Origin: Deltaproteobacteria bacterium
GTDB taxonomy: Bacteria > JAUYMQ01
Assembly (NCBI GenBank): GCA_030698575.1
Contig: JAUYMQ010000648.1
Location: 1-47,183, forward strand
Direction of reading: 5' to 3'
DNA length: 47,183 bases
The notes beneath the pieces were generated by a model, which saw nothing but the letters and a program-made list of their open reading frames with translations, searched no databases and was not told the DNA's origin. Within the stretch, counting starts at the first letter, position 1, and every line of letters starts with the position of its first letter. Positions 12,812 to 21,292 of this stretch are shown one piece after another. The translations under genes were made by a program, and so were the position numbers.

Positions 12812-14293
12812 ATGAACACGGCTCGGACCGCGTTCGCACTGTCGCCTCCGGCAGAGCTGGCGAAGGCCACCATCTCGGCCCGTCAGCGCGCGTGGGAGCG
12901 CTGGTTCGCCCAGCGCTCGCTTTCCGATCGACGGCACGACGAGCACGACCAGGGCCGGCTCTTCCGGGTCGAGCTCTGGCGCGACTACGACCCGCACGAG
13001 CAGCAGTACCGGTTCCACCGGAGCCAGGCGCGGTTCAAGAGCCTGTGCGCCGGCCGCCGCGGCGGCAAGACGTATGGCGCCGCCCGGGAGTTCGTCCGGC
13101 GGATCTGGGAGGACTTCGCCGCGGCGGTAGCGGCCGGACGCTCATGGGCACAGCCAAAGCGTTGGCACCCGGCGCCAAAGCCCCTGCTTCACTACTGGGC
13201 AGTCGCACCCACCTACGCGCTAGGGCTCATCCAGCAGCGGGAGCTCGTCGAGATCCTGGCTCCGCACCCGGAGCTAATCCTCGACTGGAACAGCGACCGC
13301 ATCTGGCTTGTAGGTGGCGTCCTAATAGAGTTCAGGTCAGCGGACCGGCCGGACCGGCTCGTCGGCGTCGGGCTCAACGGCATCTGGATCGACGAGGCGG
13401 CACGCGTCAAGGCGATCGCCTGGCTGGACAACATGCGGCCGGCCATTTCGGACAAACAGGGGTGGGCCCTATTCAGCACGACGCCGCTCGGGCGGAACTG
13501 GTTTTGGGAGCAGATATGGGCCAAGGGCGATGCTGGTGAGCCCGGATACGCCAACTTCCACTTCACCTCGGCGGCCAACGTCCGTTGTCCCCAGCTCGCA
13601 GCCGAGGTCGAGGAGGCGCGGCGGACGCTGCCACCGAAATACTTCGCCCGCAACTATCTGGCGAGTTTCGACGCGTTCAGCGGGCAGGTGTACGAGGACC
13701 TGGACCGGCGCGTGCACATGGTGCGGCCCTCGGAGGTGCCGGTCCACCGACTACGGCGCCGCGTTGGGGGCGGGGATTACGGCTTCTCCAATCCGGGTGT
13801 GCTGGTCCAGGCCGGGGTGGACGGCGACGGCACCTGGTGGGTGTACGCCGAGGACTACGCCAAGCGGCTTCCGAGCTACGTTGACCCACCGGGCGACTGC
13901 TGGGTCAAGCGGGCCCGCGCCGCGCAGAAGCAGGGCATTTCGCGGCAGTGGTGGGACCCGAGCAACCCGGGGCACATCGACGCGCTGGCCTCGCACGGCG
14001 TGGCGGCCTACGCCGCCGACAACGAGGTCAACGCCGGCATCCAGAGCGTCGCGACGCTGCTTCACGTGCGGCGGGATATGGGGCGTCCGTCGATGCTCAT
14101 CTCGGCTGACTGTGTCCACCTCTTTCGCGAGCTCGAGGGCTACCACTACGAGACGGACCCCACCACGGGGACCGAGACCGAGCGAGTCTCCAAGGTGAAT
14201 GACCACGCGCCCGACGCGCTGCGCTACGCCGTCCACAGCGAGGCGGTCCGCGGGACGGTGCCCCAGGTAATCCACCTGTCCATGGTGCGGTAG
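12812..14293 (+). CDS. terL: Terminase large subunit, 493 aa
   Basis: Walker A-like CAGRRGGKTYGA, Walker B GIWIDEAARV, and C-terminal nuclease motif NDHAPDALRYAV. Confidence 0.85.
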   Translation: MNTARTAFALSPPAELAKATISARQRAWERWFAQRSLSDRRHDEHDQGRLFRVELWRDYDPHEQQYRFHRSQARFKSLCAGRRGGKTYGAAREFVRRIWEDFAAAVAAGRSWAQPKRWHPAPKPLLHYWAVAPTYALGLIQQRELVEILAPHPELILDWNSDRIWLVGGVLIEFRSADRPDRLVGVGLNGIWIDEAARVKAIAWLDNMRPAISDKQGWALFSTTPLGRNWFWEQIWAKGDAGEPGYANFHFTSAANVRCPQLAAEVEEARRTLPPKYFARNYLASFDAFSGQVYEDLDRRVHMVRPSEVPVHRLRRRVGGGDYGFSNPGVLVQAGVDGDGTWWVYAEDYAKRLPSYVDPPGDCWVKRARAAQKQGISRQWWDPSNPGHIDALASHGVAAYAADNEVNAGIQSVATLLHVRRDMGRPSMLISADCVHLFRELEGYHYETDPTTGTETERVSKVNDHAPDALRYAVHSEAVRGTVPQVIHLSMVR

Positions 14294-14302
14294 GAGCGTA
14301 GC

Positions 14303-15823
14303 ATGCCGAGCACTATCGAGCAGTGGCTGCGCTTGAACGCGGTCGCCGGCGGCAGCGAGCGCTACTACCACCTGAACGAGCTGGAGGCGTGGTACTGGGG
14401 CCTCCAGTACAGCAACCTCGCGCACGGGTGGGACGACGTCTCCTACCCGTTGGGGCACGCCCTGGCTGGCCAGCCCATCCCGACACGGAAGAAGCGTCCC
14501 TCGGTGCGCTATCCTCTGGCGCGGCGCATGGTCACCGAGGCGGCCGATCTGCTCGTCGGTGAGGGGCGGTTCCCATTGCTGACGGTGGACGGGGCGCCGG
14601 ACGCGACAGAAGCGCTGCGGACGCTGCTCAAGAAAGCCCGCGCCACCAGACGGGCGCACCCGCTCGCGCGCATGGGGATTTCGGTGGGCTCGGTTGCCTG
14701 CGCCCTCCACTTCGAGGCTGGGCGTCCGACGCTCATCCTGTACCCGGCCAAGCACTGCGAGCCCGTGTTCGGCGACGACGACCCGGCCGCTGCGGCGCAG
14801 TGGGGCATCGAGTCGGACGACCTCGTGTCGCTACGGGTGCAGTACCTCTTTGTCGAAGAGCAGCTCCGGGCCGGGTCGTGGCGGCGCATCTGGTACGGCT
14901 TTCGTCGGGACTACACGCCAAACGCGATTGTCGACTACGACCGCCCAGAGATCGGCGAGGACGGCGCAGACATGCAGCGGATCCCGACGTTTCGGGAGGT
15001 CCGGCGGGTCGAGCACAACTACGGCTTCGTGCCGGTCGAGTGGTTCCGCACCGAGGAGATCGAGGATACCTCGGATGGCTCCGGGCTGTACGAGTCCATC
15101 CTCGACATCCTGGCGGACATCGACTACGCGCTGTCGAGGCTGGCGGGAGCAGTCGAATACAACACCGATCCATTGATGGTCATCAGGGGCATCCCTCACG
15201 AGGAGATGCGCCATGTCCAGGCTCTGCTCATGACGGGCAAAGGCAACACGCTCAGCCTCGGTGGCGGCCGAATGCAGGGCGACTCGCGCGACGCGACATA
15301 CCTGGAGATCACTGGGAGCTCGCTCGAGGCCGCAACCAAGCACATCCAGGAGCAGCGCAGCCGTGCCCTGGAATGCGCCCAGGTCGTCATCCAGCGGCAC
15401 GAGGAGGGCGTGGGGGCGCAGTCGGGGGTGTCCCTGCGGATGCTCTACCGGCCGATGCTGTCGCTAATCCATGGGTACCGGGAACAGTTTGGTAGTAGTT
15501 TTGAGCGGTTGGCGTCCAAGCTGCTTCGCGCGGCCGACCGGCGCCGGGGCGAGCTATCATTCGTCCTGCCAACCTACAGCGCGGGCGACGTAACCGCAGT
15601 CTGGCCGCCGGTGTTTGAGCTGGCCGGAGAGGAGCTCCAGGCGCACGCGCTGACCATGGCTCAGCTCGTCGGATCCCGCGTACTCAGCCACGAGACGGCA
15701 GTTGAGCGCACCGCAGCGCTTCTGTCCGTCGAGGACGTCGAGCAGGAGAAGAAACGGATCGCGAGCGAGCAGGCGGATCTCGTGGAGGCCGTTCCTTCGG
15801 AGGACGACGGCGGCGAGGTGTAG
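14303..15823 (+). CDS. Portal protein, 506 aa
   Basis: Size and position directly after terL and before a MuF-like gene. AGGAG ribosome-binding site. Confidence 0.7.
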   Translation: MPSTIEQWLRLNAVAGGSERYYHLNELEAWYWGLQYSNLAHGWDDVSYPLGHALAGQPIPTRKKRPSVRYPLARRMVTEAADLLVGEGRFPLLTVDGAPDATEALRTLLKKARATRRAHPLARMGISVGSVACALHFEAGRPTLILYPAKHCEPVFGDDDPAAAAQWGIESDDLVSLRVQYLFVEEQLRAGSWRRIWYGFRRDYTPNAIVDYDRPEIGEDGADMQRIPTFREVRRVEHNYGFVPVEWFRTEEIEDTSDGSGLYESILDILADIDYALSRLAGAVEYNTDPLMVIRGIPHEEMRHVQALLMTGKGNTLSLGGGRMQGDSRDATYLEITGSSLEAATKHIQEQRSRALECAQVVIQRHEEGVGAQSGVSLRMLYRPMLSLIHGYREQFGSSFERLASKLLRAADRRRGELSFVLPTYSAGDVTAVWPPVFELAGEELQAHALTMAQLVGSRVLSHETAVERTAALLSVEDVEQEKKRIASEQADLVEAVPSEDDGGEV

Positions 15824-15825
15824 AC

Positions 15826-16686
15826 ATGCCACCCTCGCCCGAGGACCTCGCCGAAGTCGAACGCATGCTACGCCGGCAGAGGCAACAGATCGATCGCCTG
15901 GAGCTGGCCCAGCGGCGTCGGCTCTACCGAATCCTGCAGACGGCGCGTAAGGACCTCCGCGACCGGCTCGACACGGTGGCAGCAGACACATTCAGCGCGC
16001 AGCACTACCGGGTGGCGCTGGCGCGGGTGCAGGAAGGGATCGGCGCCCTGCAGCAGGACATGGCTGGCAGGCTGGCGGAGGCCAGCGCCGATGCCTACGT
16101 GCTGGCCAACCGCCACCTCGCCGAGCAGATCGCGCTGTTCGCCCGCACCTTCGAGGGCACGGTCCGGGCGACGTCCTGGCAGCCGGTCCTGGCCGTCGAT
16201 GACGCCGTGCTTCTCAGCAGGCACAAAGCCAGCGCCCAAACGTATGGCGCAGGCCTGATCGGTCGCATCCAACAAGAGCTGGCGGCCGGACTCGCCCAAG
16301 AACTGCCATGGGCCGACTTGGAGAGGCGGATAGCCGGGTTGAACGGAATGCTTGGGCAGGACTATGCCGGGATGAACTCGGCGCATACCCACCGCCAGAG
16401 CCGGGCGGAGCGCATCGTGCGCACCGAAATGGCCTACGCATACAACCGTGCGCACCACGAGGATCTGCTCCGCGCCAATGAGGCGGACCCTGGCTACCAG
16501 AAGACCCTAGTGTCCACGTTCGACACGCGCACCGCGGCCGATTCGCTCCCGCCTACGCACGGCCAGGTGCGCGAGTTGAAAGAGCTATTCCGCGACAACG
16601 CGGGCCGCGAGTACCCGCACCCTCCCGCGCGACCGAACGACCGAGAGGTCGAAGTGCCAACCCGTCCCGAATGGCGCGAAGCCTAG
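15826..16686 (+). CDS. Head morphogenesis protein (Mu F / SPP1 gp7 family), 286 aa
   Basis: RAERIVRTEMAYAYNRAHHEDL matches the MuF signature (R...TE...A.N). Follows the portal gene. Confidence 0.7.
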   Translation: MPPSPEDLAEVERMLRRQRQQIDRLELAQRRRLYRILQTARKDLRDRLDTVAADTFSAQHYRVALARVQEGIGALQQDMAGRLAEASADAYVLANRHLAEQIALFARTFEGTVRATSWQPVLAVDDAVLLSRHKASAQTYGAGLIGRIQQELAAGLAQELPWADLERRIAGLNGMLGQDYAGMNSAHTHRQSRAERIVRTEMAYAYNRAHHEDLLRANEADPGYQKTLVSTFDTRTAADSLPPTHGQVRELKELFRDNAGREYPHPPARPNDREVEVPTRPEWREA

Positions 16687-16701
16687 ACAAGGAGGCTGAC
16701 A

Positions 16702-17346
16702 ATGCCATTGCCGAAGTCCCTGCTGGACAAGCTGAAGGCAAAGCTTAAGGACGACAAGGACCTGTTCACCGAGCTGGAGTCGGCGCAAACCGAGGCGAGC
16801 GAGCTGCTCGACACAACCAAGGCCGAGGCCGCCGAGCACAAGAAGAACCTGAGCAAGGCCGAGAAGGACCGCGACAAGCACAGGTCCGACCTGGAGGCGA
16901 AATCGAAGGGCGAGGGCGAGGAGCTCAGCCAGTTCAAGGCGGAGCGCGACCAGTACAAGGCCGCCGCCGAGGCCGCAGACGGCAAGCTCGCAGAGACCCG
17001 CCGAGAGTACGCCATCCGCGAGCAGCTCGTCACGAAGCACGGCCTGCGCGACGGCGACGGCCTCAAGCTGCTCGACACGTCTGGAGTCACGCTCGACGAC
17101 AAGGGCGCGCTGGTCGGCCTGGACAAAGCCATCAAGGGCTGGCGGGAGAGCAAGCCCTACCTCTTTGGTGAGGCGAAGCCGCCTGCCAACGACGGGGGCC
17201 GGGGGCCGGGGGCCGGCGACAACCGAGGCCAGGGCGGCGGGGGCGGCGGCAACCAGCCGACAGCCGCGGACCGAGCGCGCGCGATCCTCCTGCGTCAGGG
17301 AATCCTCCAGGCGCCAGCCCCGCCGCAACACGCGCAGCAGCAGTAG
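16702..17346 (+). CDS. Scaffolding protein, 214 aa
   Basis: Highly charged coiled-coil sequence (KAKLKDDKDLFTELESAQTEASELLD...) with a Gly-rich tail. AAGGAGG ribosome-binding site. Lies upstream of the capsid genes. Confidence 0.7.
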   Translation: MPLPKSLLDKLKAKLKDDKDLFTELESAQTEASELLDTTKAEAAEHKKNLSKAEKDRDKHRSDLEAKSKGEGEELSQFKAERDQYKAAAEAADGKLAETRREYAIREQLVTKHGLRDGDGLKLLDTSGVTLDDKGALVGLDKAIKGWRESKPYLFGEAKPPANDGGRGPGAGDNRGQGGGGGGNQPTAADRARAILLRQGILQAPAPPQHAQQQ

Positions 17347-17407
17347 ACGGCGCGCACACAGCACACCATGACGGCGCGCGGCGCCGCAGCAGCACGGAGA
17401 GAGCACC

Positions 17408-18379
17408 ATGCCCAAGGCACCGAGCTACAGCGTGTCGGCGGAGCAGACCGGCCGCGCCATCCGGACGAGCGACTACGGCGCCCGCTACCTGCAGGGCGTC
17501 ACAGTCGCCAAGGACAACGGTACCACCGGGTTCGGGCAGGTCCTGGCGGGCACGCCGATGGGGCGCATCACCGCCACCGGCAAATACCGCCCGTGTGCCA
17601 AGCAGGCCATCAGCCAGGGTGCCACGGCCGCCGCGCTGCCCGTAAGCGACGCTGCGTGCTTCTACGTCGGCGACGCCGTCGACGTGATCTCCACACTCGG
17701 CGTGGTCGGCTCGGTGAACCTGGTCGCATCCGCTGGTGACGACACGATCGAGGTGGTCGGGCGCAGTCGCGACGGGCTGGCGCACACGGTGGCGCTCGCA
17801 GACCCCGGCGCGAATGACGCTGCTCTCGGCCAGACTGTGACGCGCGCGGCAAACGGCGTGGCCACCATCCAGATCAGCCTCGCCACAGGCGGTGACGGCT
17901 CCATCAGCTCGACGGTGGTGCAGGTCATCGCCGAGCTCAACCGCGGCGAGGCCGGGTCGCTGGTCTACGCCTCGCTGGCCGACGGCGACGACGGAACGGC
18001 TACGACGACCGCTGTGGACGCTGCAGCGCTCGCGGGTGGCCTCGCGCCGGGCGGCACCCTGCTCACCAACTCCACCGTCAGCGCGGTGGCCAAGGCGGCG
18101 AACCCGAACACCGTCACGGTCGGCAGCCAGATCACGGTGGTGTCGGGCGATGTCATCCGCGCTCGCGATGGCAGTCAGACTGCCAGGGGCATCCTCGACA
18201 AGACCCAGTCGACCTATGACCGGCACGCATCGGATCTCGCACAGTCGGCGGTGTACGCGGATGTCAGCGCGGAGATCGGATGGGTGGGGCGCTACCGTCA
18301 GTCGCTGCTGCCCGGCTACGACAGCAGCCTGCTCGTCGACCTCGCTGGCGTCGACCTGGGCGACGACATCCGCATCTGA
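17408..18379 (+). CDS. Head decoration protein-like (lambda gpD-type ends with a large central insertion), 323 aa
   Basis: Lies immediately upstream of an E-type major capsid gene. VLAGTPMGRITATGKYRPC and ARGILDKT...VYADVSAEIGWVG resemble decoration-protein motifs. Confidence 0.45.
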   Translation: MPKAPSYSVSAEQTGRAIRTSDYGARYLQGVTVAKDNGTTGFGQVLAGTPMGRITATGKYRPCAKQAISQGATAAALPVSDAACFYVGDAVDVISTLGVVGSVNLVASAGDDTIEVVGRSRDGLAHTVALADPGANDAALGQTVTRAANGVATIQISLATGGDGSISSTVVQVIAELNRGEAGSLVYASLADGDDGTATTTAVDAAALAGGLAPGGTLLTNSTVSAVAKAANPNTVTVGSQITVVSGDVIRARDGSQTARGILDKTQSTYDRHASDLAQSAVYADVSAEIGWVGRYRQSLLPGYDSSLLVDLAGVDLGDDIRI

Positions 18380-18441
18380 GCTGACGCGCACTGAGACCCC
18401 GTGATCGGGCCTGCCATGGTCCGCCGCAGAGGAGCACCGAC

Positions 18442-19467
18442 ATGAGCGTAGCAGGATTTTCGCTGCTCGAGGACAGCCTGCTCACCGGGTTGGCCCAGCA
18501 ATTCCCATACTCGCATCGCGTCTACCCGATGCTGCCGCTGTTCCCCCGCGTCGGCTACGACACCGACGAGCTAAAGTGGGACATCATCTTAGGCGCCCGC
18601 GGCATGGCCAAGCTCGTCTCGCTCGAGGGCGAGGCCGGCATCATCGCCCGCGACGGAATCAAGCAAGGGCGTGCCACGCCCACCCATATCAAGGAGAAGG
18701 CGCAGCTCACGAACAGCGAGATCTCGCTGCTGCGCGCTCCTGGTGCGACCGGGGCGCCAGGCACCACGGGCAACCCGGAGCAGGCCGAGCGTGCGGTCAC
18801 TCGGCTGCTGCAGAAGCTGCGGGCGCGGCAGTTCGAGCGCGAGAACTGGCTCTGCACGCAGGCGCTCGTCAACGGCTCAATCGCCTACACGGGCGACCAG
18901 GTACAGTTCAACATCAGCTACGGCTTCCCGACTCTGACGCAGCCGAACCCGCTGTGGGACGATGCCAGCGCGACCATCGTCAAGGACGTCGCGGGCTGGA
19001 TCGACGAGTTCGCGGACTCCGCGGGGTACGCGCCCGACACCATCTTCTTCAATCCGAAGATGTGGCGTGAGTATTTCTTCGGGAACACCCAGTTCATGGG
19101 CCTGGTGAAGGCATCTCCTGGCTTGTCCGAGGCGATGCTGCAGGGCAAGACCGAGCCGTTCCGCATCAGCGGCATGGACGTCGAATGGCGGCCAGTCCGC
19201 GGGCAGTACGTGAACGACTCTGGCAACCTCGTGGATCGCTGGCCCGTCAACCAGCTCACGTTCGCAGCGCTCGGGGACACGGGCGTTGGCATGGGGTTCG
19301 CGGAGTGGGGCGTGCTCCAGAACATGGAGAACGGCTTCCAGTCCGGGCCGTCGTCGCGGTCGTGGCAGGAGCAGGGCGACTCCCAGCAGATCTGGGTGCT
19401 CGCGTACGACAACGGCCTGCCCGTCTTCCCTGACCAGAACCGTGTTCAGCGGGTGACAGTCGCGTAG
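18442..19467 (+). CDS. Major capsid protein (lambda gpE-like family), 341 aa
   Basis: Size, position and N-terminal pattern (...PLFPRVGYDTDELKWDIILGARGMAKLVSLEGEAG...) are typical of Phage_cap_E proteins. Confidence 0.75.
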   Translation: MSVAGFSLLEDSLLTGLAQQFPYSHRVYPMLPLFPRVGYDTDELKWDIILGARGMAKLVSLEGEAGIIARDGIKQGRATPTHIKEKAQLTNSEISLLRAPGATGAPGTTGNPEQAERAVTRLLQKLRARQFERENWLCTQALVNGSIAYTGDQVQFNISYGFPTLTQPNPLWDDASATIVKDVAGWIDEFADSAGYAPDTIFFNPKMWREYFFGNTQFMGLVKASPGLSEAMLQGKTEPFRISGMDVEWRPVRGQYVNDSGNLVDRWPVNQLTFAALGDTGVGMGFAEWGVLQNMENGFQSGPSSRSWQEQGDSQQIWVLAYDNGLPVFPDQNRVQRVTVA

Positions 19468-19555
19468 TCGCTGGCAACCCCGACGTTCGTGGACGCCCAC
19501 CGGTCGCTGAGCCCTCCTCGCAGCGGCCGGCGGGGCGACCATCACGGAGGCTCGT

Positions 19556-19792
19556 GTGTTCCCAGACTACACGCTTGACGAATGCAAGACGCGCGTCATC
19601 GAGTTGGACGCGGAGATCGCACGCTTGACGAAGCTCTCCACCTCGTTCTCAGTGGGCAAGAAGAGCTTTAACTACACGGGCCAGCTCGACCAGCTCCGCG
19701 CCGAGCGGGAGCTCTGGGTGTCGCGCTACAACGAGCTGAACAACCCTAACACAGCCAATCCGTTCCAGGGCCCGCGCATCGTGCCGGTGTAG
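19556..19792 (+). CDS. Hypothetical head-associated protein, 78 aa
   Basis: GTG sits 5 nt after GGAGG. The sequence is coiled-coil-like. Confidence 0.5.
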   Translation: MFPDYTLDECKTRVIELDAEIARLTKLSTSFSVGKKSFNYTGQLDQLRAERELWVSRYNELNNPNTANPFQGPRIVPV

Positions 19793-19793
19793 G

Positions 19794-20135
19794 ATGAGCG
19801 CCTGGAAGGACGTTATTGACGCCCACATGGCGTTCCTCGTCGATGTCGACGGCGACCACGACGACGCCGGTAACGCGGTCCGCGAGCGGGACAGCCTGAC
19901 GTTCACGTTCGAGCGAAACAGCCAGCCGCACGAGATCATGGACGCCGATGGCGGCGCGTACAGCCAGGCCGGCACCCTACTCAGCGGCTCGGTCGACCCG
20001 GCCGAGATCATCCTCGGCGTTGCCGATGTCGTGACCATCGAAGGGGTGCGTTGGCGCGTAGTCGCCGTGTCTGACGTCCGCATCGGCGCCGAGCTGATCA
20101 GCCAGGACGTGACCCTTGCGGCGCTGGAGGGATAG
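19794..20135 (+). CDS. Putative head-tail connector/adaptor, 113 aa
   Basis: Called from its position in the head-tail joining block only. Confidence 0.4.
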   Translation: MSAWKDVIDAHMAFLVDVDGDHDDAGNAVRERDSLTFTFERNSQPHEIMDADGGAYSQAGTLLSGSVDPAEIILGVADVVTIEGVRWRVVAVSDVRIGAELISQDVTLAALEG

Positions 20136-20138
20136 GCC

Positions 20139-20666
20139 GTGCCCACCATCACCTTGGGCCAGCTCCCCGGGGAGTTCCGGCTGACCGCGTGGCTCATCGA
20201 GGGCGCTGGAGTGCGGGCGTTGCGCCGAGCTGCACAGAGATCGCGCGTCGAGGTGCAGAAGGTCATTGACGAGACTCAGCCGTACCCGCCTGTGGATACG
20301 GGCCACTATCGCCGTGCGTGGACGGTGGAGAACGTCCCGGACGGTGCCGACCTGTTAAACCCGGTGATGTATGCGCCGGTCATCGAGTACGGGTCGCGAC
20401 CACATTTTGTCCCTTTCGATGCCCTGCTACAGTGGGCTCGCCGGAAGCTCCGGGGCGGCGCTTTGCGGGGCCAAACCAAGGACCGGGCGGCGAAGTCACT
20501 GGCGGCAAGAGCGCAAAAGGCGATTCGCAAACGGGGGACGACACCAAGAGATGTGTTGGGCCGGACGGAGCCAAAGATGTGGCAAGCCGTCCGCCACGCA
20601 CTGGATCATGAGCTCGCACGGGCGGTCCGTCGCGGTGGTGGCGGTGGGGGTGGAGGGCACCACTGA
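20139..20666 (+). CDS. HK97 gp10-family head-tail protein, 175 aa
   Basis: PVDTGHYRRAW and YAPVIEYGSRPH match the gp10-family motifs (vDTG.lr, yA..vEyG). Confidence 0.65.
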   Translation: MPTITLGQLPGEFRLTAWLIEGAGVRALRRAAQRSRVEVQKVIDETQPYPPVDTGHYRRAWTVENVPDGADLLNPVMYAPVIEYGSRPHFVPFDALLQWARRKLRGGALRGQTKDRAAKSLAARAQKAIRKRGTTPRDVLGRTEPKMWQAVRHALDHELARAVRRGGGGGGGGHH

Positions 20667-21283
20667 TGGCACTCTCAGCGCAAAACGCCATCCGCGACAC
20701 CCTCGGCGCCTGGCTGGAGGGGCTTTCTTTCACACCCATAAATGGCGGCGCTGCCTACCAGCTCGCCGCGGTTAGGGCGCGCGGGCCGCAGTCTGGCGAT
20801 GTCGTGCAGTATCCCTCGGCGGCCATCCTGGTCGATGGCGGCTACACCGACCAGGCGCCCGTCGAGGTGAGGGGCACGCGCGCCCCCGACGAAGGGGATG
20901 GCACTTATCTTGAAAAGACGGGGGAGTTCGGCGGCGAGGCGACCATTGCGCTCTACGCGAACGATCCGGAGCAGGAGGACGAGCTGCTTGCGGGCATCGA
21001 GCATGCTCTCGTGCCGGCAGGCTCTCAGGTCCCTCGGCTCGTGCTGACAGCCATCGGTTACCATAACCGGAAGGTCACGGTCCGCCGACGCGAGGTCAGG
21101 CCGGTCCGCTTTCAGGAGACCGCGCAACACGCCGTCTGGCGGACGGTCATCGTCTGCGGCGTAGCCATCGACGTCGTGCGGATTGTGCCGGCAGCCGACC
21201 TGGTACCGCAGCTAGACCTGTCCATCGACGGCGGCGACGAGATCGCGATTGACCCGGTGGAGGGGACCACCGAGATCCCATAG
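20666..21283 (+). CDS. Putative tail completion/terminator protein, 205 aa
   Basis: Lies directly upstream of the sheath gene. TGATG overlap. Confidence 0.4.
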   Translation: MALSAQNAIRDTLGAWLEGLSFTPINGGAAYQLAAVRARGPQSGDVVQYPSAAILVDGGYTDQAPVEVRGTRAPDEGDGTYLEKTGEFGGEATIALYANDPEQEDELLAGIEHALVPAGSQVPRLVLTAIGYHNRKVTVRRREVRPVRFQETAQHAVWRTVIVCGVAIDVVRIVPAADLVPQLDLSIDGGDEIAIDPVEGTTEIP

Positions 21284-21292
21284 GAGTGGCCG

